Shown: positions 38,842-48,309 of the stretch, piece after piece
How positions within the stretch are numbered: the stretch's first letter is position 1
Layout: each line of letters opens with the position of its first letter
NCBI GenBank assembly: GCA_038254805.1
Contig: JBBSFW010000001.1
Span: forward strand, 36,662-100,661
Source of the DNA: Terriglobales bacterium
GTDB lineage: Bacteria; Acidobacteriota; Terriglobia; Terriglobales; Acidobacteriaceae
Length of the DNA: 64,000 nucleotides
Direction of reading: 5' to 3'
Translations under genes and position numbers: made by a program
Notes under the pieces: generated by a model
Database searches by the model: none
What the model was told of the DNA's origin: nothing
The model's input: the letters and a program-made list of their open reading frames with translations, nothing else

Positions 38842-39057
38842 TCAAGCGGCGCGAGGCCTTCCGGCGGACTTACGTGTTCGTGCCGGCGCATTCATGAATA
38901 GTGAGACAAAGTTCCGCCGCGAGCAATTCGAACACCGAACAGGCTTAAGCATGAAAAGAGGGAGGAAATACTTCTCAAGGAAATTGCGGGGCCGCGAGCG
39001 ATATGCGTCCTTACCGCCACAGTCGGGACATTGATACCTTAAGAACACAACTGCCAC
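38842..39057 (-). CDS. small zinc-ribbon protein (71 aa)
   Basis: CPDCGG...CSNCS gives two CxxC pairs. No family name recognised. Confidence 0.4.
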   Translation of the reverse strand: MAVVFLRYQCPDCGGKDAYRSRPRNFLEKYFLPLFMLKPVRCSNCSRRNFVSLFMNAPARTRKSAGRPRAA

Positions 39058-39218
39058 CCCAGTCGTTCGAAAGCCTCGAACAGGGTTGCGGTCTTCACGA
39101 TCATTATAGCGGCTGACGCAAGCGCGACACTACGTTGCTCGTACTTGTAAATCCTTATCGCAGCGTGCTAATGTGCGGCGCGGCCAAAATCGTAGATCCG
39201 GCCAGTCATAGGAGCGTC

Positions 39219-41261
39219 ATGAGCACTCCGACGTCGAATGTAGAGGAAGGCGCAGGGCAACACCGCCCTTTTGTTCCCGAAAGCATGGAAATGCCCGAGT
39301 TCACCCTGCGTGCGGTGCTGCTGGGACTGCTCATGACGATTGTTCTCGGAGCTGCTAATGCCTACCTGGGGCTGCGCGCCGGAATTACCATCGCCGCGAC
39401 CTACCCTGCCGCGGTCATTGGGATGGCGGTACTCCGGATATGGAAGGGTTCAGTGCTCGAGGAGAACATCGCTCGAACCTCGGGCACCATTGGCGAAGGG
39501 ATCGCCGCGGGAGCAATTTTTACTATCCCCGCGTTCCTGATCGCGGGAGTATGGCCTTCGTTTGGCTTCGCGGACGCGTACTGGAAAACGACGGCACTAA
39601 TCATGGTAGGCAGCATCCTTGGCGTCCTATTCATTTCTTTAGTGCGCAAGGGAATGGTGGAAGACCCCGAGTTGCCCTTCCCCGAGTCTGTGGCAGCAGC
39701 GGAGATTCACAAAGCCGGGCGCCGCGGAGCCGAGGCCGCCAAATATCTATTTTGGAACATCGGAATTGGAGGAGTGGTCTATCTTCTGGGTGCCTTTGGC
39801 TTGTTTGCGGTGGACAAAACGGTCCAGTTCGCAGTCGGCATGCTGGGCCGCAGCCAGGTGCGACTGGGAACGGCCGGGAGCGCGAACCTTGTGGCAGCCG
39901 GAGGCGCAAGCACAGTTGCCGCGCCGAGTGTGAGTCCGGCGCTTTTGGGAGTGGGGTACATCATCGGGCTCCGGCTCGCTGCCCTGCAGTTTGCGGGCAG
40001 TGTCTTAGCCTGGGGACTGATGGTTCCTCTCATCATCTTTTTTCTTGGACCTCAGGTCAGGCAGTATCTCCCGCCAGACTCGCCTGGTAATTGGATTGCG
40101 ATGGCAGACGCCGTGTGGAGATTCATCGTGCGTCCCATCGCCGTCGGCGGAATGCTCGTTGGTTCGGCGTACACCTTGTTCAGAATGAGGAAGAGCCTCA
40201 CCTCCGGCCTGAAGAAGGCGTTTGCCGACCTGCGTCCGGCAGCGGGAGAGCAGCCGGAACTCACGCGAACGCAACGCTATATGAGTTTTAGAGCGGTTTT
40301 CGCATTGATCGCCCTGATGTTTGTGCTCATGTGCTTCCTCTATGTGCACATCTCAGGATTGATTTGGCCAGCCGTGCTTGCAGCAATCGTCATGATCATT
40401 GTCGGATTCTTTTTCGCCACGGTCTCGGGCAGCCTGTGCGGAACAATCGGTTCGTCCAACAACCCGGTTTCCGGCATAACGCTCAGCACATTGCTGATCG
40501 CGGCTCTCTTGATGGTCTTCCTCGGCGTTTCCGGGGCCTCGGGAGTGGCGACGGTTTTGGGGGTCGCCGCGGTAGTTTGCGTTTCCTCTTCAGTCGCAGG
40601 CGAATTGCTGCAAGATTTTAAAGTCGGTTACATTCTGGGCGGGACGCCGCGCAGAATTCAGATGGCGGAGCTGATCGCCGTGGTCGTCGCCAGTCTGGTA
40701 ATGTATTTTCCCCTGATGGCGCTGCATAAAGGTTTCGGATTTGGCAGCAAGGCGCTGCCAGCGCCGCAGGCCGGACTTATGGCAACCCTGGCCATGGGAA
40801 TTGTAGGGGGCAACATGCCCTGGCCGCTGGTGGTCGTCGGAATCTTCTTTGGTGTTGGGATGATCATGATGCAGGTGCGCAGCCCCATGCTGGTTGCTGT
40901 CGGCATGTATTTGCCGTTTGAGACAACCTTTGCGATTTTTGTCGGCGGCATTTTTCGTTCAGTAGGTGATTGGATGGGGAAGCGCCGGGGGCTCAACTCA
41001 GCACAGACTGCGCGCGTGGAAAATGCGGGAGTGTTGACGGCTTCGGGATTGATCGCCGGCGAGGCCCTCATGGGCTTGCTCTGGGCCGGCTTGAGAGCGA
41101 CCACCTGGTCGCCTCCGAAACAGCCTCCGCAAATCTTCGGTGAGCCGCTGTACCTCGCGGGAACTGCGGTATTGCTGGCATTGGCGGCTTTAATGATCTT
41201 GTGGCCTCTGGCCGCCGCCGGCGACCCCAAAGAACCGGCTCCGCCTACCGCAATGATGTAG
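39219..41261 (+). CDS. OPT family oligopeptide transporter
   Basis: About 16 TMs, with EFTLRAVLLGLLMTIVLGAANAYLGLRAGITIAATYPAAV typical of OPT. ATG at 39219 has AGGAG upstream. Confidence 0.85.
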   Translation: MSTPTSNVEEGAGQHRPFVPESMEMPEFTLRAVLLGLLMTIVLGAANAYLGLRAGITIAATYPAAVIGMAVLRIWKGSVLEENIARTSGTIGEGIAAGAIFTIPAFLIAGVWPSFGFADAYWKTTALIMVGSILGVLFISLVRKGMVEDPELPFPESVAAAEIHKAGRRGAEAAKYLFWNIGIGGVVYLLGAFGLFAVDKTVQFAVGMLGRSQVRLGTAGSANLVAAGGASTVAAPSVSPALLGVGYIIGLRLAALQFAGSVLAWGLMVPLIIFFLGPQVRQYLPPDSPGNWIAMADAVWRFIVRPIAVGGMLVGSAYTLFRMRKSLTSGLKKAFADLRPAAGEQPELTRTQRYMSFRAVFALIALMFVLMCFLYVHISGLIWPAVLAAIVMIIVGFFFATVSGSLCGTIGSSNNPVSGITLSTLLIAALLMVFLGVSGASGVATVLGVAAVVCVSSSVAGELLQDFKVGYILGGTPRRIQMAELIAVVVASLVMYFPLMALHKGFGFGSKALPAPQAGLMATLAMGIVGGNMPWPLVVVGIFFGVGMIMMQVRSPMLVAVGMYLPFETTFAIFVGGIFRSVGDWMGKRRGLNSAQTARVENAGVLTASGLIAGEALMGLLWAGLRATTWSPPKQPPQIFGEPLYLAGTAVLLALAALMILWPLAAAGDPKEPAPPTAMM

Positions 41262-41355
41262 GCCTTGACAGCTGCTGCTCCGGAAATCCTCATGCAAGGC
41301 GGATTCGCGGTCTTACCTTTCGTATCCCCATCTCGCTTTATGTTTTACTTACATC

Positions 41356-42057
41356 GTGCCGGTCGCCGAAAATGTCTCGCGGGTGCGTGAACGAATTGCC
41401 GCGGCTGCTCGCCATTCGGGAGGCAGGCCCGAAGAAATCGCTCTCGTGGCGGTGACTAAAACCGTCCCCGCTGAACGAATCCGCGAAGCTTATGACGCTG
41501 GCATTCGGCAGTTTGGAGAAAATCGGGTCCAGAAATTTGCCGGGAAAGCGACAGCTTTGCAAGCAGTAAGCGGCGCGGAGTGGCGAATGATTGGTCACTT
41601 GCAAAGCAATAAAGCCGCGCGGGCGGTGGAGCTTTTCGACAGCATCGACACGGTTGATTCCCTGAATCTTGCGAGCAAGCTGAATGCCGCCGCTTTGGGT
41701 CTCGGCAAAAGGGTGCCTGTGTTAATCGAGATCAACATCGGGGGAGAGCCAGCCAAGAGTGGGTTGGAAGATGATTCGGCGGAGCTCCAGAATCTACTGA
41801 GCGCCGCGCCTGAGTTTCCGTCTCTTAACTTTCGCGGGCTCATGACCGTGCCACCTTACAGTGCCGATCCTCAGCAGTCCCGCCCTCATTTCCGCAACCT
41901 GCGCCGGCTCTTCGATGAGATCGCGGGCCGCAACCTGCCCGGCATTGAAATGCAAGTTCTCTCCATGGGCATGTCCCATGATTTTGAGGTCGCCATTGAG
42001 GAGGGATCGACGTGTGTTCGGGTTGGAACGGCTATTTTTGGCCCGAGGCAGGCCTGA
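41356..42057 (+). CDS. yggS: YggS family pyridoxal-phosphate homeostasis protein
   Basis: LVAVTKT (PLP lysine)...FGENRVQ...IGHLQSNK...LSMGMS.D...AIEEGST.VR.G. GTG start. Confidence 0.85.
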   Translation: MPVAENVSRVRERIAAAARHSGGRPEEIALVAVTKTVPAERIREAYDAGIRQFGENRVQKFAGKATALQAVSGAEWRMIGHLQSNKAARAVELFDSIDTVDSLNLASKLNAAALGLGKRVPVLIEINIGGEPAKSGLEDDSAELQNLLSAAPEFPSLNFRGLMTVPPYSADPQQSRPHFRNLRRLFDEIAGRNLPGIEMQVLSMGMSHDFEVAIEEGSTCVRVGTAIFGPRQA

Positions 42058-42128
42058 CCGCATCCAGCGCGGGCTGACCACTTCGCATGTTACGGCAGAA
42101 GCTCCGGGCCACAACGACAGCGGCGCTG

Positions 42129-42881
42129 TCAGTAGAAAGAAAGGCTGCCGAGTTGTCTTGCGCGACGTACCGTCCATGAGAAAAATAAAATGCTCAGCGG
42201 CACTAGAAATAGCGCAAACAGAATAAGGATCTCAATCTCCCTTCCTAGCGCGGCCTTGTTTCCCGTCGACAGCAAAGCTAAACGCATGCCCGCCAATGAG
42301 TGGGTAAAGGGCAGAAGAGCCGAAAGCACGCGTACTGGATGCGGCAAAGCGGCGGTCGGGAACATTGTGCCCGCCATCAGCCATGCCGTCGATCCAAATA
42401 TCCATAGCACTGCCGAACCTTTGTGCATCGCAATCTGAAGCCCAGCCGCGAGAAGTCCTATGGCGACAGCGGTTAGAGATGACAAAAAGAAAACCACAAT
42501 GCACCCCGTAGAATTGACGTGCAGCGAAGAGGAAACCAGCAGCATTCCCGCAGCTACATATACAACCAGCTGTAACATTCCATTTCCGAACGCGGATATT
42601 GCGCTTAGTGTGACCAGCGCCGCTGGTGGCGTAGAAGTAGTCATCAACACTTCCAGCATCCCATTCTGCTGGGATTCCTGCACCACCCGCAAGAAACTGT
42701 GAATTCCCGCGAGCAGAAATGTGTAAAAGCCGGTCCCAACAACTAGAAACAAGAAATACGGCATTCCTTCTGGCTGAAACTGCGCGCCCACCGACTGTGA
42801 CAAGTAATAAAACGTCGCAAGCTGTGCGGCTGGCGAGACAAAGCCGAAAACAAATCCGTTGCGATAACGAATGGAAGTCAA
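42129..42881 (-). CDS. ABC-2 type transporter permease
   Basis: Six-TM ABC-2 profile. The start is uncertain: TTG at 42881 is in frame. Alternatively, a GTG at 42922 overlaps the ATPase stop (GTGA) and encodes VILAKALAVP..., then needs a 1-nt frame change near 42885-42895. Confidence 0.65.
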   Translation of the reverse strand: MTSIRYRNGFVFGFVSPAAQLATFYYLSQSVGAQFQPEGMPYFLFLVVGTGFYTFLLAGIHSFLRVVQESQQNGMLEVLMTTSTPPAALVTLSAISAFGNGMLQLVVYVAAGMLLVSSSLHVNSTGCIVVFFLSSLTAVAIGLLAAGLQIAMHKGSAVLWIFGSTAWLMAGTMFPTAALPHPVRVLSALLPFTHSLAGMRLALLSTGNKAALGREIEILILFALFLVPLSILFFSWTVRRARQLGSLSFY

Positions 42882-42918
42882 TGCGTCCTTCTTGGGACAG
42901 CGAGGGCTTTGGCAAGGA

Positions 42919-43701
42919 TCACGCCGGCACTCTTTCTTGCCAGGCCAGGGGATGGTCGTCACCGGTAATCTCCAAATAGAACTCCCGGAGTTCGTCGTTG
43001 CTGCAATCGGAGAGGCGCCGCAGCGCCAGCAGTTCTCCCTCTCGAAGTATGGCAACCCGATCGCAAAGCGCCACAGCTTCTTCGAAATTATGAGTCGCAA
43101 GCACGACGGTGATGCCTGTGGATGACAACTTGCGTACCTGCATCCACAGGCTGCTGGATGCCACAGGATCAAGGCTGCGCGTCGGTTCGTCGAGCAACAA
43201 GACGGCTGGTTTTTTCAGGAGAGCGCGGGCAATTCCCAGACGTTGGTACATACCCGACGAGAGCTTCATTGCCTGCTTCTGAGCGGCATCGTCCAGTCCA
43301 ACCTCTCCAAGAGTGGATTCGGCCCGGGCGCGGCATTCGCGGCGCGGTATATCTTCCATTGCGGCAAAAAAATCTAGATTTTCGCGTGCCGTCAATCGAG
43401 GGAAGAAGGACCGCTCGGACGCCAGCGCGAAACCCACCATGCGGCGTGCCGCCTGCCCCTGTGTGCGCGTGTCCGCGCCGTTTACGACAACCCGGCCCTT
43501 ATCCGGTAAGAGCATGCTCGATATCAGCTTCAACGTCGTGCTCTTGCCACTGCCGTTTGGGCCCAAAAGGCCGAGGACCTCGCCCCGGCCAACTTCCAGC
43601 GATAATCCCCTGAGGGCATGTGTCGTGGCAGCGGTCCCCAAACGGAAAAGCCCAGTTGACCGGAAGTGCTTGTGAACGAAATCAAAGACAATGCTACTCA
43701 T
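42919..43701 (-). CDS. ABC transporter ATP-binding protein (ABC-2 subfamily)
   Basis: Walker A GPNGSGKST, signature LSSGMYQRL, Walker B LLLDEPT. Confidence 0.9.
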   Translation of the reverse strand: MSSIVFDFVHKHFRSTGLFRLGTAATTHALRGLSLEVGRGEVLGLLGPNGSGKSTTLKLISSMLLPDKGRVVVNGADTRTQGQAARRMVGFALASERSFFPRLTARENLDFFAAMEDIPRRECRARAESTLGEVGLDDAAQKQAMKLSSGMYQRLGIARALLKKPAVLLLDEPTRSLDPVASSSLWMQVRKLSSTGITVVLATHNFEEAVALCDRVAILREGELLALRRLSDCSNDELREFYLEITGDDHPLAWQERVPA

Positions 43702-43928
43702 CGGTTCACGCGTAAGTACTTTTACAATCTGACGGCTCGTAAGAAGATTCTATGGATGGCAAGGCCCCGCTCTGAGGGAGAATTCCCATGCGGACATAGA
43801 TAGTTCACAGGAGAGGCCCAATTTCAGCCGCGACACAAGTCGAGCTGCCAGCAAAATGCGGCGAAGAGCCACGATTCAACTCCGAATTTGAGCTGCTGCT
43901 GGCCTGTTGCGGCTCGCCTCAGCTCAAT

Positions 43929-44990
43929 GTGGAACAGATTCTATCTGGCGGGTTGCACCGGGAACGCCTTCTCACGCTTGCAGACCGCCACCGGCTAGTA
44001 CCGGCGCTGTGCGGCTTCCTCATGGACCAGGGCGTAAATCTCGCCCCAGGCGACCGGTCAATCGTTAAGACGCTATGGGAGAGTCACGGTCGCAAGGCCT
44101 TGCGCTTTTCAGCCGAAGTGGCGCGAGTTACGGCACATTTTGATGATTGTGAGATAGCGTTGCTGGCCCACAAAGGTCCGGCCTTATCGCAGCTACTGTA
44201 CGGTGATCCGGCGCAGCGCCAGTTTGACGATCTGGATTTCCTGATCAAGCCGGCCGATGTTTCTCGCGCAAGACGGGCTCTGCGGGAGCTTGGCTATGAA
44301 TCGCGCCTGCAGCTTTCGCCACGCCAGGCGAAAGAGTATCTGCGCTCGGGTTATGAATACGTTTTCGGCCTTAAGGCGGAACGCAATCTGCTGGAATTGC
44401 AGTGGCAGATCTTGCCGCGCTTTTACTCAGTCGGCTTCGACATGGAAGAGTTGTTCTCTCGCTTTTCGGAGGTTCAATTTGAAAGTATCCGGCTAAGGAC
44501 CTTGGGCCAAGCGGACCTGTTGCTGGTGTTGTGCGTTCATGCCGCCAAGCACCTTTGGTCGCAACTCGGGATGGTGCGTGACATCGCCACCCTTGCCAGC
44601 TTTAATCTCGACTGGGAGTGGATTGAAGCCGAAGCGCGGAGGCTCGGACTTTTGAGAATTGTGGGCGTCTCATTGCTGCTCGCGCAAAATTTATTGGGTT
44701 TCGCGGCGCCCCGGCGAGGTTGGGCCGACAGCGACGGCATCCCGGAACTGGCTAGAAAATTTCAGTCGGACCTTGCGCTTGGAGAAAATCCAGATCCGGA
44801 GTCGTTGCGCTACTTCCATATCATCGTGCAGTTGCGCGAGCGGTGGCGGGATCGGCTGGGATTCGGATGGCATCTGGCGTGCATTCCCAGTGTGGGTGAA
44901 TGGGAGACGATTACGCTTCCTGACGCACTCTACCCGCTGTATCGCGGTGTCAGGCTGTGGCGGTTGCTTCGACGATGCATACCTGAATGA
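43929..44990 (+). CDS. nucleotidyltransferase family protein (NTP_transf_5-like); N-terminus probably disrupted
   Basis: The first canonical start after the upstream stop is the GTG at 43929. The family-typical N-terminal motif EFELLLACCGSP is encoded in frame upstream. Further upstream, an SD-preceded ATG (43788) is followed by an in-frame TAG (43797-43799). Confidence 0.6.
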   Translation: MEQILSGGLHRERLLTLADRHRLVPALCGFLMDQGVNLAPGDRSIVKTLWESHGRKALRFSAEVARVTAHFDDCEIALLAHKGPALSQLLYGDPAQRQFDDLDFLIKPADVSRARRALRELGYESRLQLSPRQAKEYLRSGYEYVFGLKAERNLLELQWQILPRFYSVGFDMEELFSRFSEVQFESIRLRTLGQADLLLVLCVHAAKHLWSQLGMVRDIATLASFNLDWEWIEAEARRLGLLRIVGVSLLLAQNLLGFAAPRRGWADSDGIPELARKFQSDLALGENPDPESLRYFHIIVQLRERWRDRLGFGWHLACIPSVGEWETITLPDALYPLYRGVRLWRLLRRCIPE

Positions 44991-45017
44991 GGTTATCGCA
45001 CTAGCGCCGCAATTAGT

Positions 45018-47933
45018 TTAGGTCGCAAGGCGAACCACCTCTGCAAGGTGCAGCGTCTGTCTTCCAGTGCATTGCCGGATTTGCTCGCGACAGCTGAATC
45101 CGTTGGCTACGATCAACGAGTCTGCAGGCGCGTTGCGGACAGCAGGAAAAAGTTCAAGTTCTCCAATTGCGAGCGACACGTCATATTTTTCCCTTTCGAA
45201 TCCGAAAGCTCCAGCCATTCCGCAACATCCGGGCGCGGGCATCTGATAGTCAATGCCAATGCACCTAAGCACGGATTCTTCTGCCGTCATGGCCATCATC
45301 GATTTTTGATGGCAGTGTCCATGAACCAGTGCTTTCCCGCCCACCGCCCGCAGGCGAAAACTATCTAGCTCCCGCTCCAGGAATTCGCTAAAGAGAAATA
45401 CTTGCTTCGATAATTTCTGTGCCCGTGTATCGTCCGGAAAAAGGTTGAGCATCTCGTCGCGGAACACCGAAGCGCAACTCGGCTCAAGAACAACGACTGG
45501 AATTCCCGCATGGATCTCGCTATCGAGCGCCTGCAGCGTCTCTAGCAACAGCCTTTTGGCCCGTTCCAGCATGCCAAAATCGTAAAGCGGGCGTCCGCAG
45601 CAGACGTTTCTCGCGGGCAGCCTCACCTCATATCCCGCTGCCTGCAATACTTCGGTAGCCGCAATTGCTGATTCCGGATGGAAGTAGTTATTGAAGGTAT
45701 CGGGCCAGAGAAGGACCGGTCGTGCACCCTGCTCGGCCGGCATTCGCCGTTTGAACCATCTCCGAAAGCTCTCGCCGGCCAAAGCCGGGATCGCGCGTTG
45801 CGGCGCTATTCCGGCCAGCGCTTTTGCACTCTCCCGCAGGAGAGGGGCCTGGGTGAAGAAATTCGCCAAACCTGGCATTCCCGAGGCAGCGCGCGACCAG
45901 AGGTCAACAAGGCCAAATGCGTAGTGGCTGAGAGGTCGAGTGCGGCCTTGGTAGTGGTGCGCCAGAAACTCCGCTTTATACGTGGCGACGTCAACTCCCA
46001 CCGGGCAATCGGTCTTACATCCTTTGCAGGCAAGACAAAGATCCAGCGCGGATTTCACCTGGGTATCACGCCATCCTCCGCGGATCACGTCTCCCTGGGT
46101 CATTTCCCAGAGGAGGTGGGCGCGACCGCGGGTCGAATGCTCTTCCTCGCGGGTTACGCGAAAGCTGGGACACATGACTCCGCCCCCGTACTGACGGCAC
46201 TTTCCCACGCCCACACATCGCAAAGTAGCGTGCGCAAGGCTGCCGTTGTCCTGCGGAAACTTGAAATGCGTTTCAGATTGAGGCGGCTTATAATCCGCTC
46301 CCAGTCGCAAATTCTCATCCAGCTTGTTGGGAAGGACCAGTTTTCCCGGATTCATCTTCCAGTCTGGGTCCCACAATCCCTTGAAACGTTGGAAGGCTTC
46401 TATCAATTCCGGACCAAACATTCTTGGGAGCAGCTCCGCTCGTGCCTGTCCGTCGCCATGCTCGCCCGAGAGCGACCCCCCATAGGAGACGACGAGGTCG
46501 GCCGCTTCTTCCACGAAGCTGCGGAATTTTCGGATTCCTTCTCCTGATTGCAGGTCAAAGCTGATGCGGTTGTGGACGCATCCATCGCCAAAGTGCCCAT
46601 ACATGACGCAGCAATACTTGTAAGCATCGGTGAGCTTACGCAAATCACGCAGATATCCGCCCAGCTTTTCAGGCGCGACAGCGGAATCCTCCCATCCCTC
46701 CCAGGTGGAGGGCTCTCCAGGGACTCGGGACACCGTGCCCAGGGCTGACTCCCGGATTTCCCAGACCTGCCTGGCTTCTCGCACGTCCGCCAGCAGCCGG
46801 AATACTGGCGCTGGCGCCCCTCGACTCAGTACCGCCATTAAGCCGCGGGCCTGCGACTCCGCCTCGGCTACAGTCTGCGCGCCAAATTCCGCCAGCAGCC
46901 ACCCCCCGCCTGCGGGGAGTAGCGCGAGTCCATCCTGGTTCATCCCTTTGCGGCGGGTGTACTCGACCAGGAGATTGTCCATGCCTTCCAACCCGATCGG
47001 CCGGTGAGACAGAACTGCGGGGACAAGGTCCGCACTCGCGTAAACATCCGCGGATCCAATCACCAGCAGGACACGCTCCGGCGGACTAGCTACAAGGGTG
47101 CAAGTTGCCTCGAGCACCGTAACGCAGGTCCCCTCGGAGCCGGCCAGAGCGCGCGCCACGTGGAAACCGTTTTCTGGTAAGAGGAAGTTGAGGTTGTAAC
47201 CGGAAACGAGGCGCGGGATGCTGGGGAACCGCTGACGAATTAAGTTCGCGTATTCATCGCGAAGACTCTTGAGGCCGCTATAGATTTCGCTTCGCCGGCC
47301 GCCTTCCCGGATAATAGCTGCGAACTCCTCCTCGGTCGTTGCCCCGACGCGCATGCGCAAGCCGTCATAGGTAAGGATTTCCAGTTCCTCGATGTTCTGG
47401 TCGGTCTTCCCCGCCATTACCGAGTGGACGCCGCAAGAATTATTGCCGATCATGCCGCCCAGAGTGCACCGGTTGTGGCTGGCGGGATCTGGACCAAAGG
47501 TCAGATGGTGCTTTTCGGCCGCGCTTCGCAGGTCATCGAGAATGGCTCCGGGCTGCACGCGCGCAATTCTGCGCTTCGGATCAATTTCAAGAACCTGCGC
47601 CATGTACTTCGAAAAGTCGAGTACCACCGCGACATTGCAACACTGCCCTGCCAACGAAGTTCCTCCACCGCGGCACAGCAATGGGGCGCGGTGCGCACGG
47701 CAAATGGAGACGGCTGCAATCACGTCATCGTTATCCCTGGGAACCACAACTCCTATTGGCACCTGGCGGTAATTGGAGCCATCCGTGGCGTAGAGAGCGC
47801 GGCTCCCATTGTCGAAGCGCACCTCGCCTTGAAGATGTTTGCGCAGCGCCGCTTCCAGGCCGGCCGCGTCTAGATGCGCATGGGAAGTGAGATTTTCTGG
47901 AATCAAAAGGTTTATCTCACGAACAAGATACAC
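45018..47933 (-). CDS. FAD-binding and (Fe-S)-binding oxidoreductase (YdiJ-like; FAD-linked oxidase + 4Fe-4S + CCG domains)
   Basis: GGGTSLAGQ (FAD_binding_4), CVGVGKC...CPS and CLACKGCKTDCP ferredoxin-type clusters, and C-terminal CCG motifs (CCGRP, CCGMAG). 971 aa, uninterrupted. Confidence 0.8.
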   Translation of the reverse strand: MYLVREINLLIPENLTSHAHLDAAGLEAALRKHLQGEVRFDNGSRALYATDGSNYRQVPIGVVVPRDNDDVIAAVSICRAHRAPLLCRGGGTSLAGQCCNVAVVLDFSKYMAQVLEIDPKRRIARVQPGAILDDLRSAAEKHHLTFGPDPASHNRCTLGGMIGNNSCGVHSVMAGKTDQNIEELEILTYDGLRMRVGATTEEEFAAIIREGGRRSEIYSGLKSLRDEYANLIRQRFPSIPRLVSGYNLNFLLPENGFHVARALAGSEGTCVTVLEATCTLVASPPERVLLVIGSADVYASADLVPAVLSHRPIGLEGMDNLLVEYTRRKGMNQDGLALLPAGGGWLLAEFGAQTVAEAESQARGLMAVLSRGAPAPVFRLLADVREARQVWEIRESALGTVSRVPGEPSTWEGWEDSAVAPEKLGGYLRDLRKLTDAYKYCCVMYGHFGDGCVHNRISFDLQSGEGIRKFRSFVEEAADLVVSYGGSLSGEHGDGQARAELLPRMFGPELIEAFQRFKGLWDPDWKMNPGKLVLPNKLDENLRLGADYKPPQSETHFKFPQDNGSLAHATLRCVGVGKCRQYGGGVMCPSFRVTREEEHSTRGRAHLLWEMTQGDVIRGGWRDTQVKSALDLCLACKGCKTDCPVGVDVATYKAEFLAHHYQGRTRPLSHYAFGLVDLWSRAASGMPGLANFFTQAPLLRESAKALAGIAPQRAIPALAGESFRRWFKRRMPAEQGARPVLLWPDTFNNYFHPESAIAATEVLQAAGYEVRLPARNVCCGRPLYDFGMLERAKRLLLETLQALDSEIHAGIPVVVLEPSCASVFRDEMLNLFPDDTRAQKLSKQVFLFSEFLERELDSFRLRAVGGKALVHGHCHQKSMMAMTAEESVLRCIGIDYQMPAPGCCGMAGAFGFEREKYDVSLAIGELELFPAVRNAPADSLIVANGFSCREQIRQCTGRQTLHLAEVVRLAT

Positions 47934-48012
47934 CAGGCAGTCAGTCTTCGGCCTTACGGAGCATCATTCTGCGGCGCGGAAGAAGCTACGTCCAATTAAT
48001 TGCGAGCTCGGC

Positions 48013-48300
48013 TCAACCAGCGAAGCGCGAGGAGTAGTCGGTAAGACTTAACACCAACAAAAGAAGCAGCCAGAAAACCGCCGCGATCAAAATGACGCGG
48101 GTCATCTTTTCGCTGGTGTACTTCACGTTCATAAAGATGAGCACGACGACGGAGGCCTTGAGCGTAGCAATGGTAAGCGCGACGACCGTGTTGAACCGGC
48201 CAAGATCGAGCGTGGCCACGCCCGCGGTTAAAAACGTGGCGCCGATCAGGACCGCCCAGATCGCCCAATAAAGCCTGCTAGAAGCAACGTGCTGAGACAT
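48013..48300 (-). CDS. cytochrome c oxidase subunit IV (prokaryotic COX4_pro family)
   Basis: 95 aa with 3 TMs, directly downstream of subunit III. Confidence 0.7.
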   Translation of the reverse strand: MSQHVASSRLYWAIWAVLIGATFLTAGVATLDLGRFNTVVALTIATLKASVVVLIFMNVKYTSEKMTRVILIAAVFWLLLLLVLSLTDYSSRFAG

Positions 48301-48309
48301 ATAGTTCGC

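Noticed and set aside
45678-46547. 289-aa ORF on the plus strand
   Set aside because: It lies antisense to the intact 971-aa FAD/Fe-S oxidoreductase gene. No motifs.
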